In this document: in pieces, positions 37,901-47,057 of the stretch
How positions within the stretch are numbered: the first letter of the stretch is position 1
Layout: every line of letters begins with the position of its first letter
IMG/VR virus record: IMGVR_UViG_3300049432_000151
Location: 21,050 to 85,049 of that record
Source: a virus
Length of the DNA: 64,000 nt
Reading direction: 5' to 3' (one strand)
The notes under the pieces: model-generated
The model's database searches: none
What the model was told of the DNA's origin: nothing
What the model saw: only the letters and a program-made list of their open reading frames with translations
Translations under genes and position numbers: made by a program

Positions 37901-40259
37901 GAAGACCGATCTCACCGGCCTGCTTTGGCGCGGGAAGACGATCCGCTTTCAGATTGACGACCCGACGCAGCGGTCGTACACGCTGTACCTCCGTGCGGTC
38001 GACAAGTTCTCGAACTACTCCGCTGGCGCCGCAACGACCACCCTGACCGATACAGCGCCTGCAGCTCCGTCGATCATCTCGATCACAAGATTCAAGAATC
38101 AGCTGAAGGTGAAGGTCGGGGCGGCCGCTGACAGCGACGTGTTCGCGCAACGCCTGCATGCCTCGCAGTCAACAGGCTTCACGCCTGATGAGAGCAGCAT
38201 TGTCAGCGGTATCGTCGGCCCGAACGGCGGCGAGTTCGTCGTCCCGATTACCGCATCGGGCAACTGGTATTTCAGGCTCGCGGCTGAGGATTGGCTGTCC
38301 GATCGGCTGAACGACTGGATCTACTCGCCGCAGGCCTCGAGCTCAATCATCGTGGTCTCACCGGTTGATCCCACCGCTGTGACGCTGACGATCCTCGATC
38401 GCCCGGACAAGCCGATGGGGTCCGTGAGGAATCCGGACAACACGGTGATGCCGATCAAGCTGAAGGCAGCGAACGTCGGCTTCACTTTCAGCGACGTCGT
38501 CAATCCGGCGAACTCGCTCATTGGGTTTGACGTTCTCATATACGAGAGCGTCGATGGTCCGTCAACGCCGGCGGCGCAGCACTTCCTCACGAACGTCGCG
38601 GACCGCGCGCATTTGTTTCTGAACTTTCAGCCGAAAGGCGCGAGCACCTACATCGCGGCGGTGCGCGCCGTCTACGTCGACGGGCTGACGTCGAATCTTG
38701 TCACCCATACGGGAGTCGTGATTCCCCAGGAGACGAATCCGAACTTCCGCGACGCTGATGATCGCAACGTCACCGCACTTGCGGAGAGCTTCGAAGGAGC
38801 CGGCGTTCCAACAGGCATCACTGTGCCAATTGGGACGATCATCACGGTGGCCAATGGGCTTCTAATCCTAGCAACGACGGCATCCGGCGCCAAGATCACG
38901 TGGAATCTAGCGACGTGGGTGGCGGCGTACCTTGACCGCCACTACGCGCTCTCCGAAGCGGTTGTTCTGCTGCGCGTCTTGTTCAGTGGCGCGTCGTACA
39001 ACCAAGCGGCGCGTCCCTACATTGAAAAAGGCGCATCTACTTACAACCTCGATCCTGTAGCGGTTGACGGCAACCTGCACACTTATCGTCTAAAAGTCGG
39101 CGGTGTAACAACCTCCGCGGAAATCATCTCCCTGGTTGTGCCGGCCGCGTTCATGCCGAGTGGCTCGGCAGTGGCCTTGTCTGCCATTGCCGTCGCGTAC
39201 GAGAACTTCGATGAGTCGCTCGACGGCTACATGGACCGCGCGCAACGAGCGCGCGATCAGTTTGGAAAGGATCCGACAGGAGGAGGCTTCTTCCTCCAGT
39301 CGCCATTTCGAAACTCCGACGACAGCGGGCAGATCACTCTCATCGACGGTAACGGGATGACGTGGCTGCGCACCGGCGGCGGTGCGGAGTTCGCGCTAAA
39401 GTATGCCCACAAGATTGTGCTGTCTGACGTTTACGACGGCCTCGTTCTCAACTGGGACACGCTGTACGGCAGCAACCCCTCAGTCGATCCTCCGGTACGA
39501 AAACCGTCAGCCAGCAACAAAGCCCGCTTCATCGTGGAAGCGGTTGCGCCCGTTCAGCCTAACCCCGCCGCGTATCCGGTTCGCCGGTACGCGGAGATCA
39601 CGATGGTCAACGACTCCAACTTCCAAGTGAACCTGATGGAGTCATACGGCGGAACAAAGGGTAGCTATCGCGACGTCGCGCCGGCGACTCCCGGGTGGAA
39701 CGTTGCTGCGAAGAAGAGTCAGATTCTCAAACACGCGACGCATTCGCACAGCGCGAACGATGGCAGTGACGGATGGTACGACTTCACACCCCTAAGCCCA
39801 GCCACATTGCCGAACACCGGCGCCGCGTACTATCGCGTGGTCGCGTGGTTGAAGACCACGTTTCCAGTTCAGAAGAAAGCGAACGGTTCGTATTACTGGG
39901 TGAAGTTGCTGCTCGATGCCTGGGCGTCCGCACCCGTGGCCGCGTCGAACCCGCTCACTTTATCCAGCGCTGGACTGGCGAATCTGCAGCTCACATTCAA
40001 GGGAGTCACTGACGGTACCGAAGCCCGAATGCCGGTTGTGTTTGCCGCGTCGACGCTCGGGGCGATGCAGTCGTACGCCCACGCGTTGAAGTTCGACTGG
40101 TGGTCGACGGTGCTCGAATCCGGAGCGCCCGGCGGAGCTGAGCCGAGCGCCGTGTACCTTGACGCGGTCGAGGTCTACTGGATGAACAGCGCGGCTTACT
40201 CGCCCGTCACTTCGACGCAGGGCTACAACATCAATCTCATCGCCGGGGAGGCGTTCTAA
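34920..40259 (+). CDS. Tail tip/host specificity protein J with fused gpI-like N-terminus and FN3-like domains
   Basis: 1779 aa; DGDEFHVIPSVEG, GVPVPIVFG, SPAWIIL, LFTMGNI, EAGDLIHV, FN3-like segments. Confidence 0.9.
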   Translation: MIKVHVPTGLPTSGGKLEFCSYERDFRPGASVADYLIELAILPELVSHVIYNGGSLSPEKTVRYRTKPKGFWRRMLRLSPAKIAVLQSDLEAATPRDGDEFHVIPSVEGKNAAQILGAVSAAVVIAAGFYVGGPSGALFAAKAWGLYAYAAGSFAGSLLTPRADNIKAPGDDGPTTHTWGGLLNEDREGVPVPIVFGKNRTGIVRVGAFIRRSKGIPGYTNGVETLHILGLVSVGPVHSIGDIRVNDQPYTNFPGVTVETRLGTTGQAPLKGFSVVANTFPLSVELTPSGYTYSTRANFPVDSLEVLLTIPALFHVDEDRGEQKTNATRYRYRHRLKGGAFGAWTDVEVKRSSRSAVLETVRIENLTRGEYDVEIQFVSADHVNDQRDAWKIFLTGVTEELEDLRTYDGYAMVAVRAIAREDLNGQIPNISVLCEGLELETWNGSGFTAPAYLSGAEEIGRSPAWIILKLLRDRSVRDAVTGEYTYEAFGLGDWITDDQIDLDSFLTLADRANEAVTAKRIVKDSNGAENAEEFQEPRFLLDIVVNQEQRALELIRTLLATCRAFLVFSGNQWRVVCEMPKTPVQLFTMGNIKKGSFSIAYNADRTINALVPQFIDADRDYEFTTHEPIDGPGVTHYNQPRRSENQQFVGITRRTQVIREALYNLNKRWYIRRLIGFTAGTAGILAEAGDLIHVQHDIPQWGFGGCALASTPNGLTSSDTLVVLGREVTLEAGKTYQLVVRFQDGSHDEGESRTVADGPGTYSALYVTTPFSRPVQENDIWWFGEVSPQPCTVVEIAETDGDEDERQLLAVEYNESIENDETVVVVPQLSNLPRFLAPPPPITSGEAKEIISARNDGRWSSTIVVQWTPPTAQSGYGVYSHADVDISFDGGTSWVPAPNGQGLGSDYRITDAEHGTPYKFRITPISTRGIANRAGAFTTASLTTQGKTTAPPTPTGFVGAVEDGVFLFSWNPVAIDDLQREVEYEVRTSNPANWKTDLTGLLWRGKTIRFQIDDPTQRSYTLYLRAVDKFSNYSAGAATTTLTDTAPAAPSIISITRFKNQLKVKVGAAADSDVFAQRLHASQSTGFTPDESSIVSGIVGPNGGEFVVPITASGNWYFRLAAEDWLSDRLNDWIYSPQASSSIIVVSPVDPTAVTLTILDRPDKPMGSVRNPDNTVMPIKLKAANVGFTFSDVVNPANSLIGFDVLIYESVDGPSTPAAQHFLTNVADRAHLFLNFQPKGASTYIAAVRAVYVDGLTSNLVTHTGVVIPQETNPNFRDADDRNVTALAESFEGAGVPTGITVPIGTIITVANGLLILATTASGAKITWNLATWVAAYLDRHYALSEAVVLLRVLFSGASYNQAARPYIEKGASTYNLDPVAVDGNLHTYRLKVGGVTTSAEIISLVVPAAFMPSGSAVALSAIAVAYENFDESLDGYMDRAQRARDQFGKDPTGGGFFLQSPFRNSDDSGQITLIDGNGMTWLRTGGGAEFALKYAHKIVLSDVYDGLVLNWDTLYGSNPSVDPPVRKPSASNKARFIVEAVAPVQPNPAAYPVRRYAEITMVNDSNFQVNLMESYGGTKGSYRDVAPATPGWNVAAKKSQILKHATHSHSANDGSDGWYDFTPLSPATLPNTGAAYYRVVAWLKTTFPVQKKANGSYYWVKLLLDAWASAPVAASNPLTLSSAGLANLQLTFKGVTDGTEARMPVVFAASTLGAMQSYAHALKFDWWSTVLESGAPGGAEPSAVYLDAVEVYWMNSAAYSPVTSTQGYNINLIAGEAF

Positions 40260-40720
40260 TGTTCAAGTCGATCACTGCTCTCCGAGCTGCTTCAGAGCAG
40301 CTCCTGAGTTCATTCATCAGTTTCCGCGACGGGGGCGAGCTCGACGCTGCGACAGACGTCAGCGGCGGCCAGAAGAAAGTTCATGAAGCTCGCGGCGTGG
40401 GCAAACGCGCGAAGACCTTCCTCGAGCTTGCCGATCGTTACATCAGCGATCCCGGGTTCAATGCTCTTCCACCCGATCTCCAGGAGGACATGACAACGCT
40501 GAAGACGGAAGCCTCGCTCGTCGCGGCGGAATTGGGTGATGCCGTCGATCCGGACGCCATCTTCGCGAGACTTTCGCCCGAGCAGAAAGCGGCCATCACG
40601 GACGCCCTATTCGTGAATGACAGCGCGGTCCTCGAGCACGCGAAGGCGCGGCTCAAAGGACAGAAACGCGGGTTACCCGCCGGGGCGGCGCCGGTCGGCG
40701 ACTCGAAACCCAAGAAGTAA
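40259..40720 (+). CDS. Hypothetical phage protein
   Basis: TAATG coupling to J; GGGGAGG RBS. Confidence 0.65.
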   Translation: MFKSITALRAASEQLLSSFISFRDGGELDAATDVSGGQKKVHEARGVGKRAKTFLELADRYISDPGFNALPPDLQEDMTTLKTEASLVAAELGDAVDPDAIFARLSPEQKAAITDALFVNDSAVLEHAKARLKGQKRGLPAGAAPVGDSKPKK

Positions 40721-40781
40721 CCCATCCGACAGAACCCAACGAAATCAGGCGAGCGATCTCGCCATGCCGGAGGTGTGCGCA

Positions 40782-41153
40782 ATGCCAGATATAGAGGAGG
40801 GGAGGTTGTCGATCAGGAAAAGATCAGAACCTCCTTCGCCGGACGACGAGATGATCGACCTCTTTCAGTTTCAGGCGCGGACAGAGCAGCGCCTCGACGA
40901 TCACGATGATGAGATCGAGCGCTCACGCTCGGCTCGCGAGGAGTACATCCCTCGATTTCAGAACATGGAGAAAGTGGTGCTCGAGTTGACGAACACGGTC
41001 GTACCGAAACTAACGAACGCGATTGACGCCATGACCACGGAGCTCGTCGCGCAACGCACATACCGAGCTGTGATGGTGAAGATCTTCAGCTGGGGCCTAG
41101 CCACCGCGACAGCGATCGCGATCGCTGTAATCAGCGCGAAGCTCGGCGCGTAG
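40782..41153 (+). CDS. Holin-like/XhlA-like coiled-coil protein with C-terminal TM
   Basis: GGAGG RBS; coiled coil then IFSWGLATATAIAIAVISA; directly before the endolysin. Confidence 0.5.
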   Translation: MPDIEEGRLSIRKRSEPPSPDDEMIDLFQFQARTEQRLDDHDDEIERSRSAREEYIPRFQNMEKVVLELTNTVVPKLTNAIDAMTTELVAQRTYRAVMVKIFSWGLATATAIAIAVISAKLGA

Positions 41154-41190
41154 TCATCCCTCCTCGTACCCCCCAAAAGGCAGGCGACCC

Positions 41191-41712
41191 TTGTTCAAGA
41201 TTGTCTTTGACAACGCTGCGCGCGACGCGGCTCGGATCAGCACGCTCGATCGACAAGTCATCACCGACCTAGCGACAGCTGCGGGTATCCCATTCGTAGT
41301 CATTACACGTACGGCCTCCACACCAGAAGAGCAGGCCTTGGCCATGTACCGCAACTGCGTGGTCGACGGTCCGCAGAACGACCTCGATATGTACAGCAAG
41401 TACGGAGATCTCGTCGTTCAGGTCTACATCGATCACGTTGAGAAGGGCGTGACGGCGCAGGCCGTGGTCGTGGGGGCAATGACGCGGATGATCAAGCAGA
41501 TCGGACCCGAGCGAGTCTCGCACCACTGCGTAACCGACTGGAGCAAGCTGCACGTCCTCGACATCTCGAGCTCGCGCATCGAAGCAGCGAAGCGGGCCCC
41601 GTTCGAGGCTGCGATCGCAGCCGACAAGCGGATCAGCCGGCACTTCTCGCCGTTCACAAAACCAAAGGATCCAGCGTTCCACCTCGAGATCCTGCAGTCG
41701 GCGAACGCATGA
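41191..41712 (+). CDS. Putative endolysin, peptidase M15-like
   Basis: ITRTASTPEEQ...VSHH...VLDI...FHLEI (H/D/H Zn-ligand pattern). Confidence 0.6.
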   Translation: MFKIVFDNAARDAARISTLDRQVITDLATAAGIPFVVITRTASTPEEQALAMYRNCVVDGPQNDLDMYSKYGDLVVQVYIDHVEKGVTAQAVVVGAMTRMIKQIGPERVSHHCVTDWSKLHVLDISSSRIEAAKRAPFEAAIAADKRISRHFSPFTKPKDPAFHLEILQSANA

Positions 41713-41987
41713 GCCTGGTCGCGGTTGTGTCGCCGGCCGAGCGGTCGATGCGTGCTCTCTCTGACTACGCTCGAGCTGTATGTCCAGCCGAAGTGATGAC
41801 GCTCGACCTCTCGCACCGCGACGTGCTCGAGGCGCTCATCGGAAAGCGGTACCTCTGCGGCGACGACGGCACGGTGCTGCCGACGCGTCAAGGTCTCTGC
41901 CCGTCATGTGCTGGCCACGTCGAGCCTTTCGACGCGCACAGACGAGATGTCGTGGGCCGGCTGTGGAGCGAGCTGCAGGCAATGTGA
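41709..41987 (+). CDS. Small hypothetical protein with CxxC
   Basis: ATGA overlap; LCPSCAGH. Confidence 0.5.
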   Translation: MSLVAVVSPAERSMRALSDYARAVCPAEVMTLDLSHRDVLEALIGKRYLCGDDGTVLPTRQGLCPSCAGHVEPFDAHRRDVVGRLWSELQAM

Positions 41988-42058
41988 GACCGCGTGGCGC
42001 GGGTCGCGTCGCGTCCTCGTAGTAGCCGGACAAATCCAACCAAACATCGAGGTGCGCA

Positions 42059-42487
42059 ATGATGAAGCGTGCCGTGCTCGCCGCCCTTGTGGCGGCGTTT
42101 TCATTTCAGTGCGCGTCGCGGCCACGGCCGAGTCCGACGCCAAGGAACCCGATCGCCGCTTGCGTCGTGTCCTGTCCGGACGGATTCAGTTTTCGTCGGC
42201 AGCATCTCTGCCGCGCTGGCCGTCGGCACTTCGAGGAAGGCCGCGCCATCGGAGAAAACGTAACTCGCGGCGCCGACGGCGGGATCCTCTCCGCTTTCTG
42301 GATTTTCTGCATCGGCCAGTGGAAGCCGGACGGCACCTGCACCGAGACAGCTGACTACCCGAAAGAAGACGTCGAACTGCAGTCGTGCAGCTCGCTGATC
42401 CACTCCATCGACAGCAGCCGCGAGCCGTCTGAGCGCGGGCGCCGTGAAGGCGAACCGCTGCCGTGGAACCTGCCTGCGAACCCTTAG
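42059..42487 (+). CDS. Cys-rich lipoprotein
   Basis: MKRAVLAALVAAFSFQC signal; GAGG RBS. Confidence 0.6.
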   Translation: MMKRAVLAALVAAFSFQCASRPRPSPTPRNPIAACVVSCPDGFSFRRQHLCRAGRRHFEEGRAIGENVTRGADGGILSAFWIFCIGQWKPDGTCTETADYPKEDVELQSCSSLIHSIDSSREPSERGRREGEPLPWNLPANP

Positions 42488-42519
42488 CCCTTAACCCACA
42501 ACCCGAAAGGAATCACCTC

Positions 42520-43137
42520 ATGCGCTTCATCAGCGGTCAGCTCCGCATCACCATCGGTATGCTCATTCTCCTCGTGTCGCTGCCCGCGGTCGCCGGCGAC
42601 GTCGTCCTGCCGTTCTACAACGCTGACGGCTTCACGTCCGCGGTCGTGTACTCGAATCGCACCGCTTCGGACATTGCTCTCCCGTCCGACAGTCGGGTCA
42701 GCCCTTCGGTCGCTGAGATCGTGAAGGCTCAGGCGGCGATCCGAAAGACCGTCACGCTTCCCAGCTTCGGCGTGCTCTCCGTCCCAGCGCCGGCGGGTTT
42801 GACGGTGTACGCGGAACTGACGTCTCCGTTCGGTGCGGTCATTCGCATCAAGCCGCTCCAGGCCGTTGCGAGTGCAAACCTCTACGAGCTGCTCACGAGC
42901 GACGGCTACAACTCGGCCATCTTCATCGGAGCTCTCTCGCCGACCGTCGCTCGCATCGTGAACGGCACCGAGGCGTCCATCCCTGCCGGCGGCGCCGTCA
43001 TTCTCCCGGCGTCAGCCGAGACGGTCGCCGTGGAGAACAAGCTCGCCTTCGGAACCCAAGGCGCCGCTCCGATCTACGTCTTCGCCTATGTGAACCATCA
43101 CAGCACAGGATCCCTCTTCGCTATCCAGCCCGAATGA
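42520..43137 (+). CDS. Secreted beta-rich hypothetical protein
   Basis: AAAGGA RBS; signal peptide ending LPAVA/G. Confidence 0.65.
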   Translation: MRFISGQLRITIGMLILLVSLPAVAGDVVLPFYNADGFTSAVVYSNRTASDIALPSDSRVSPSVAEIVKAQAAIRKTVTLPSFGVLSVPAPAGLTVYAELTSPFGAVIRIKPLQAVASANLYELLTSDGYNSAIFIGALSPTVARIVNGTEASIPAGGAVILPASAETVAVENKLAFGTQGAAPIYVFAYVNHHSTGSLFAIQPE

Positions 43138-43322
43138 AATCCGCCGAGCGAGAGCTCGAGGTCCTTGCGACCTTCGTCCACGGTTCCCTCGCTGCGCTTC
43201 ATGTGTTGGGTGTGGTGTTTAACGCGCGACGCGGGAACCGTGGCGAAGCTGCCGTGCACCTGGCCGCCGCAGCGTTCGATGTATGGGCAATGCAGAGGCA
43301 CTCAAGGAGGTCGCATGCGTGA
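43134..43322 (+). CDS. Small membrane hypothetical protein
   Basis: ATGA overlap; two hydrophobic stretches. Confidence 0.5.
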   Translation: MKSAERELEVLATFVHGSLAALHVLGVVFNARRGNRGEAAVHLAAAAFDVWAMQRHSRRSHA

Positions 43323-43779
43323 GCCGCACTTCGACTGCGCCGAGTGTCTTCTCCCGGTCCTGAAGAGGATCGGCACGAATAGGTTCGTCATCAGGGAACA
43401 TTCGATCGTCTTCACCGGCTCTGACGGCATTCGTCGCGAGGCGCCTATCGGCATGTTCACCGACGGCGGCTCGATCATGTGGCTCATCGAGCCGATCGCG
43501 GGCGATCCCATCGACTCGCCCGCTCTGCCCGGGTTCCTGGTGCACGACGCTGATTATCAAAGTGCACCGGCCTCAGATGCATCGTTCTGGCGCGCGAACC
43601 AGTCGCCGCTTCGGCGCGCAGCCGACGGTCGACTGAAAGAGGCGTGCGCCGTTCTTAACCTCGCTTGGTGGAGACGCCAAGCGATCTACCACGGAGTCCG
43701 TATCGGCGGATGGCGTGCATGGATGCTTCACGCGCGCGACAAAGTCGGTCAGAGTCGCGGCGAGGCCGCTGAACTTTGA
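43315..43779 (+). CDS. DUF1353-like phage protein
   Basis: GMFTDGGSI...LVHDADY...RRAAD...IYHGVRIGG; AAGGAGG RBS. Confidence 0.8.
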   Translation: MREPHFDCAECLLPVLKRIGTNRFVIREHSIVFTGSDGIRREAPIGMFTDGGSIMWLIEPIAGDPIDSPALPGFLVHDADYQSAPASDASFWRANQSPLRRAADGRLKEACAVLNLAWWRRQAIYHGVRIGGWRAWMLHARDKVGQSRGEAAEL

Positions 43780-43811
43780 AGTTGACAGTACGCGGCAGCC
43801 ACTCGTCTGCA

Positions 43812-44327
43812 CTACGCCTCAAGGCCGGCGTACCACGCAACTATGGTGTTCGCGTTGTTTCTGAACGCCCGGTCATCGGTCAGCCGTATCGCATCGCCCG
43901 TTTTCGTGTAGTTCGACGAGCTGCAATGAATTATGTTCACGACACCGCCGGCCACGTCATGCACGATCCCAACGTGACCGATGTATTTCTTCGGCGCTTT
44001 CCCAGGCGCGACGATCTTCCCTGCCGGGAAAACGAGGAGCCCGCCGGGAACGGCACTTTGAAGGCGCGAGAAGAATCCGACCTCCTGCCTCGCGTCATGA
44101 ACGATCGCGTCGGTATTGATCCATCCCCCGTTGAATACGCGGTAAAGCGGATGCTCCGTCTTTCTGCTGATTCCCAACGCCCAGCACACGAAACCACTGC
44201 AGTCACACCTGCCTTGCACGTTCATGGGCAGTGAATGCTCGGGGAACATACCGCCAGCGCCGAGCTCGTACACCGCGCCCTGACCTATCGCGCTGCTCGC
44301 GCGCGCCAATAACGTTGCGACGTCCAT
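43812..44327 (-). CDS. NlpC/P60-CHAP-type peptidoglycan hydrolase
   Basis: CDCSGFVCWALG...GHVGIV...IIHCSS; GGAGGAG RBS. Confidence 0.8.
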   Translation of the reverse strand: MDVATLLARASSAIGQGAVYELGAGGMFPEHSLPMNVQGRCDCSGFVCWALGISRKTEHPLYRVFNGGWINTDAIVHDARQEVGFFSRLQSAVPGGLLVFPAGKIVAPGKAPKKYIGHVGIVHDVAGGVVNIIHCSSSNYTKTGDAIRLTDDRAFRNNANTIVAWYAGLEA

Positions 44328-44338
44328 CGTGTCTCCTC

Positions 44339-45958
44339 CTACTGCTCGGCAGCGGTCGTTGGCGACGCGGTACTGCCGGTGTTTCGATTCTGGATGTCCG
44401 CGAACCCGAAACCGACGTAGTAGTAAAAACGGTCGCCGGGTACGTTCAGGTTCCATCCGGCGCCGACATGCAAGCGATCACGGAACAGCCCGAATACCGG
44501 ACCAGCACCGACCTCAAGATTCTGAGTCGTGTCAAAGTCTAGGTATGAGACGTTGATTCCGGCGGAGAGGCCGTTAAACACGACCCATCGCGTTTCGGAT
44601 CGTCGCGCGCGGTGCGAGAAGAGGAGTGAGATACCGGCCGCGCCCTTGAAGTTGGAGGTCTGTGTGTTAGCCGCCGGCTCGCTGCTTCGCTTAACTAACA
44701 TGAAGGACGGTGAGACATTTGTCGCAAATCCGAAGTCGCGGATGTAGAGCGGCGGCAACGGTACAGTCCGATATGTCGTGGCGTTCTCGCTCGGATACAC
44801 GCGAAGGTTGATGTACAGCGTGTCGCCGACTTTCGCGTCCTGCGTCCGAAGATTAATGTAGCCGTTGGGTACCTCGCTCGACAGCGTCGCAGCGGTGCGG
44901 AGATCCTGTTCACGGGGCGGGAACAGTTTCGCAAGCGCAGCGATTGTTTCCACGATGCTGGCACGCACACGTGCCTCACTTTCAACCCCTGCGCGAATCT
45001 GCTCGTCAAGTTCTGTCAGTGCGCGGTTTCGGCTCTCGGCCTCGGTCGCAGCGTTTGATGTAACTTGTTCGCGCGCGGCTCGTGCGGTTCTTGCAGCTTG
45101 CAGAGCGGTCTGCGCGTCAGCGATCTCCTGCGGCGTTCCGTTAGCAGCGGTGACAGTCTGCAACCGCGCCGCAGCAATGTCCTCCACCGTTAACGCCTGT
45201 TCCAACGCGGTACGTGCGGCTTGCAATGACGCTGTCGCCTGCTGCGACGACGTAAGCAACTGAGGTCGGCGTGGCTCGAGACTCTCGATACTCGTGCGCG
45301 CAGCACGAATCGCGATTAGGTCTGACGCTAAGTCTTCGCGCCTAGCAGTGAGATCGCTGATACTTGTCTGCAGAATGTCGCTTGTTGCCTCTGAGACTGC
45401 GTCGTTCGCGGTGCTCGCTGTAAGACTGTCGAGGACATCCTGTGCGCGGCTTATCAGGACGCTACCGACAGCTCCTCGCGCGGAGCCGACGCGCCGCATG
45501 AACGTGCGGAGTTCTGGAAGTGAAATGCTGCGGAGTCCGACGCGCACTGCATCAGTCGGTTTGCCAACCTCCGTGTAGTTCTGTACCTCTACCGCACGAG
45601 ACCCGATCCGCGCCTCAAATGAGATTTTTTTACGCGCGTAGTCCGGATCGGCATCGAGCGCCGACGCGTCGACGCAGAGTATGAGAAGGCTGTCGGCATC
45701 AACGTGCAACCTGCCGGGCTTCTCCCAAGCATCAACGGAGATATTTTCCGTCCCGTCGTACTCGGCGACGGTGAGGAAGGGCAGTGTAGGGAGCGGCTTA
45801 ACCGTTTGGCAGTCTACGCTGTTCCTAGCGCTGGAGGTGGTGCGAGTGGCGGTGGCCTCTGTCTTTGCTGCGGTGGCGCGATTTGTCGATGTGGCGGGAC
45901 GGTCCTGCGCCGAAGCGCAGATTGACGTGGCGAGGGCGAGCAGCAGCGCGAAGCGCAT
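44339..45958 (-). CDS. Secreted protein with central coiled coil and C-terminal beta-strand domain
   Basis: Signal peptide; Ala/Gln-rich helix; alternating aromatic/Gly strands at the C-terminus; AGGAG RBS. Confidence 0.65.
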   Translation of the reverse strand: MRFALLLALATSICASAQDRPATSTNRATAAKTEATATRTTSSARNSVDCQTVKPLPTLPFLTVAEYDGTENISVDAWEKPGRLHVDADSLLILCVDASALDADPDYARKKISFEARIGSRAVEVQNYTEVGKPTDAVRVGLRSISLPELRTFMRRVGSARGAVGSVLISRAQDVLDSLTASTANDAVSEATSDILQTSISDLTARREDLASDLIAIRAARTSIESLEPRRPQLLTSSQQATASLQAARTALEQALTVEDIAAARLQTVTAANGTPQEIADAQTALQAARTARAAREQVTSNAATEAESRNRALTELDEQIRAGVESEARVRASIVETIAALAKLFPPREQDLRTAATLSSEVPNGYINLRTQDAKVGDTLYINLRVYPSENATTYRTVPLPPLYIRDFGFATNVSPSFMLVKRSSEPAANTQTSNFKGAAGISLLFSHRARRSETRWVVFNGLSAGINVSYLDFDTTQNLEVGAGPVFGLFRDRLHVGAGWNLNVPGDRFYYYVGFGFADIQNRNTGSTASPTTAAEQ

Positions 45959-46196
45959 GAGACACTCCTGAAGAATCCGTATTTTTATGGAAGCTAAGTG
46001 GGGAGTGACGTGGCTCGCCTTTTCCCTACCCGCACAGCGGACACCGACTTATCCCTCCAACACGGAACACGGTGTCACGCTCGCTCGGCTCACTAGCGGC
46101 AGAATATCGCTTGCTACTTTACCGGCCGTCAGCATTCGCTACCGCGACGCCGCGGGCCGCGACCGTCCCAGCTACTTTTCGATCGAGAAAACGCGA

Positions 46197-47042
46197 TCAA
46201 AAGGCGCTGTAATCTATGAATCCCTTGTTGATCGACGCAACTTTGCGCGAGTCTCGGCGGAACACGCCGATTCCATCTCGAGACCCGTCATCGTTTGTGT
46301 TTCCTTCGATCGTCACTAGGCGGCCATTCGCGACGCCGAGAACAATTCCGGAATGGCCCTTGCCGCCACCTGTATCAATGATGAAGAGCGCGCCAGGCCG
46401 GACGAGCGTGGGATCATCGGTCGCCGCCGCGCCGGTGACGCGGGTAACGTTCGGTTCGGTGCGCGCGAGCCGCCAATGCTCTAGCACGCCGGCCGTCTTG
46501 ATATGCGGACTGCGGATGGTGAGCGCCGCAGCTGCCTGCATGTAGCAGAAGTGCGTAAAAGCTACGCACCATGCGTAACTAGCCTTTGCGGGATTCTTTC
46601 CGACGCTTCGTAGGTATTCATCGATTTCAGGCCCGCGGTTGGATCCGACAGGATCCTCCATCACACCGACCTGCGAAGCGGCGAAGACGATAACGGCTTC
46701 AGTTAACTCGGACGTTGCAACGAAATTCGATGGGACACTACTCGCTCCGAACAATGCGCCCCAAGTCAAAGATCCGACGTGACCATCCACTTTTAGCGGA
46801 CGCTTCGTCACGTCCAAATGACGAGCTTGGAACAGCCTGACAGCTCTGTCGGTCGCTACATCGAACACGCCGTTCTCAGCTATGGGGCCGCACCCGATTT
46901 GATTTAGACGGACCTGGATCTGATGTACTGCAGCGTCAGTACTGCCACGCTTTTGCAGAACGCCGGGATAGGGCGTCGCCGAAGCATCGGTGTCAGGCAT
47001 GCGAGTGGCGCTGCTTGCCGGCGGATAGCTTGGCGCGCTCAA
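46197..47042 (-). CDS. Peptidoglycan-binding domain plus CHAP amidase
   Basis: LQKRGS...GVFD..T..AVRLFQ...VDGHVGSLTW; WCVAF...GHSGIV...TIEGNT. Confidence 0.85.
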   Translation of the reverse strand: MSAPSYPPASSATRMPDTDASATPYPGVLQKRGSTDAAVHQIQVRLNQIGCGPIAENGVFDVATDRAVRLFQARHLDVTKRPLKVDGHVGSLTWGALFGASSVPSNFVATSELTEAVIVFAASQVGVMEDPVGSNRGPEIDEYLRSVGKNPAKASYAWCVAFTHFCYMQAAAALTIRSPHIKTAGVLEHWRLARTEPNVTRVTGAAATDDPTLVRPGALFIIDTGGGKGHSGIVLGVANGRLVTIEGNTNDDGSRDGIGVFRRDSRKVASINKGFIDYSAF

Positions 47043-47057
47043 AGAGCGCGAACGGTC

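Larger units (their letters stand above)
10836..43779 (+). mobile_element. Siphovirus-type prophage morphogenesis and lysis module; the element probably extends left past 4360 and may include the right-hand cargo
   Basis: Co-oriented, tightly coupled terminase-head-tail-lysis genes with no visible frameshift. Boundaries and att sites not found. Confidence 0.9.
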
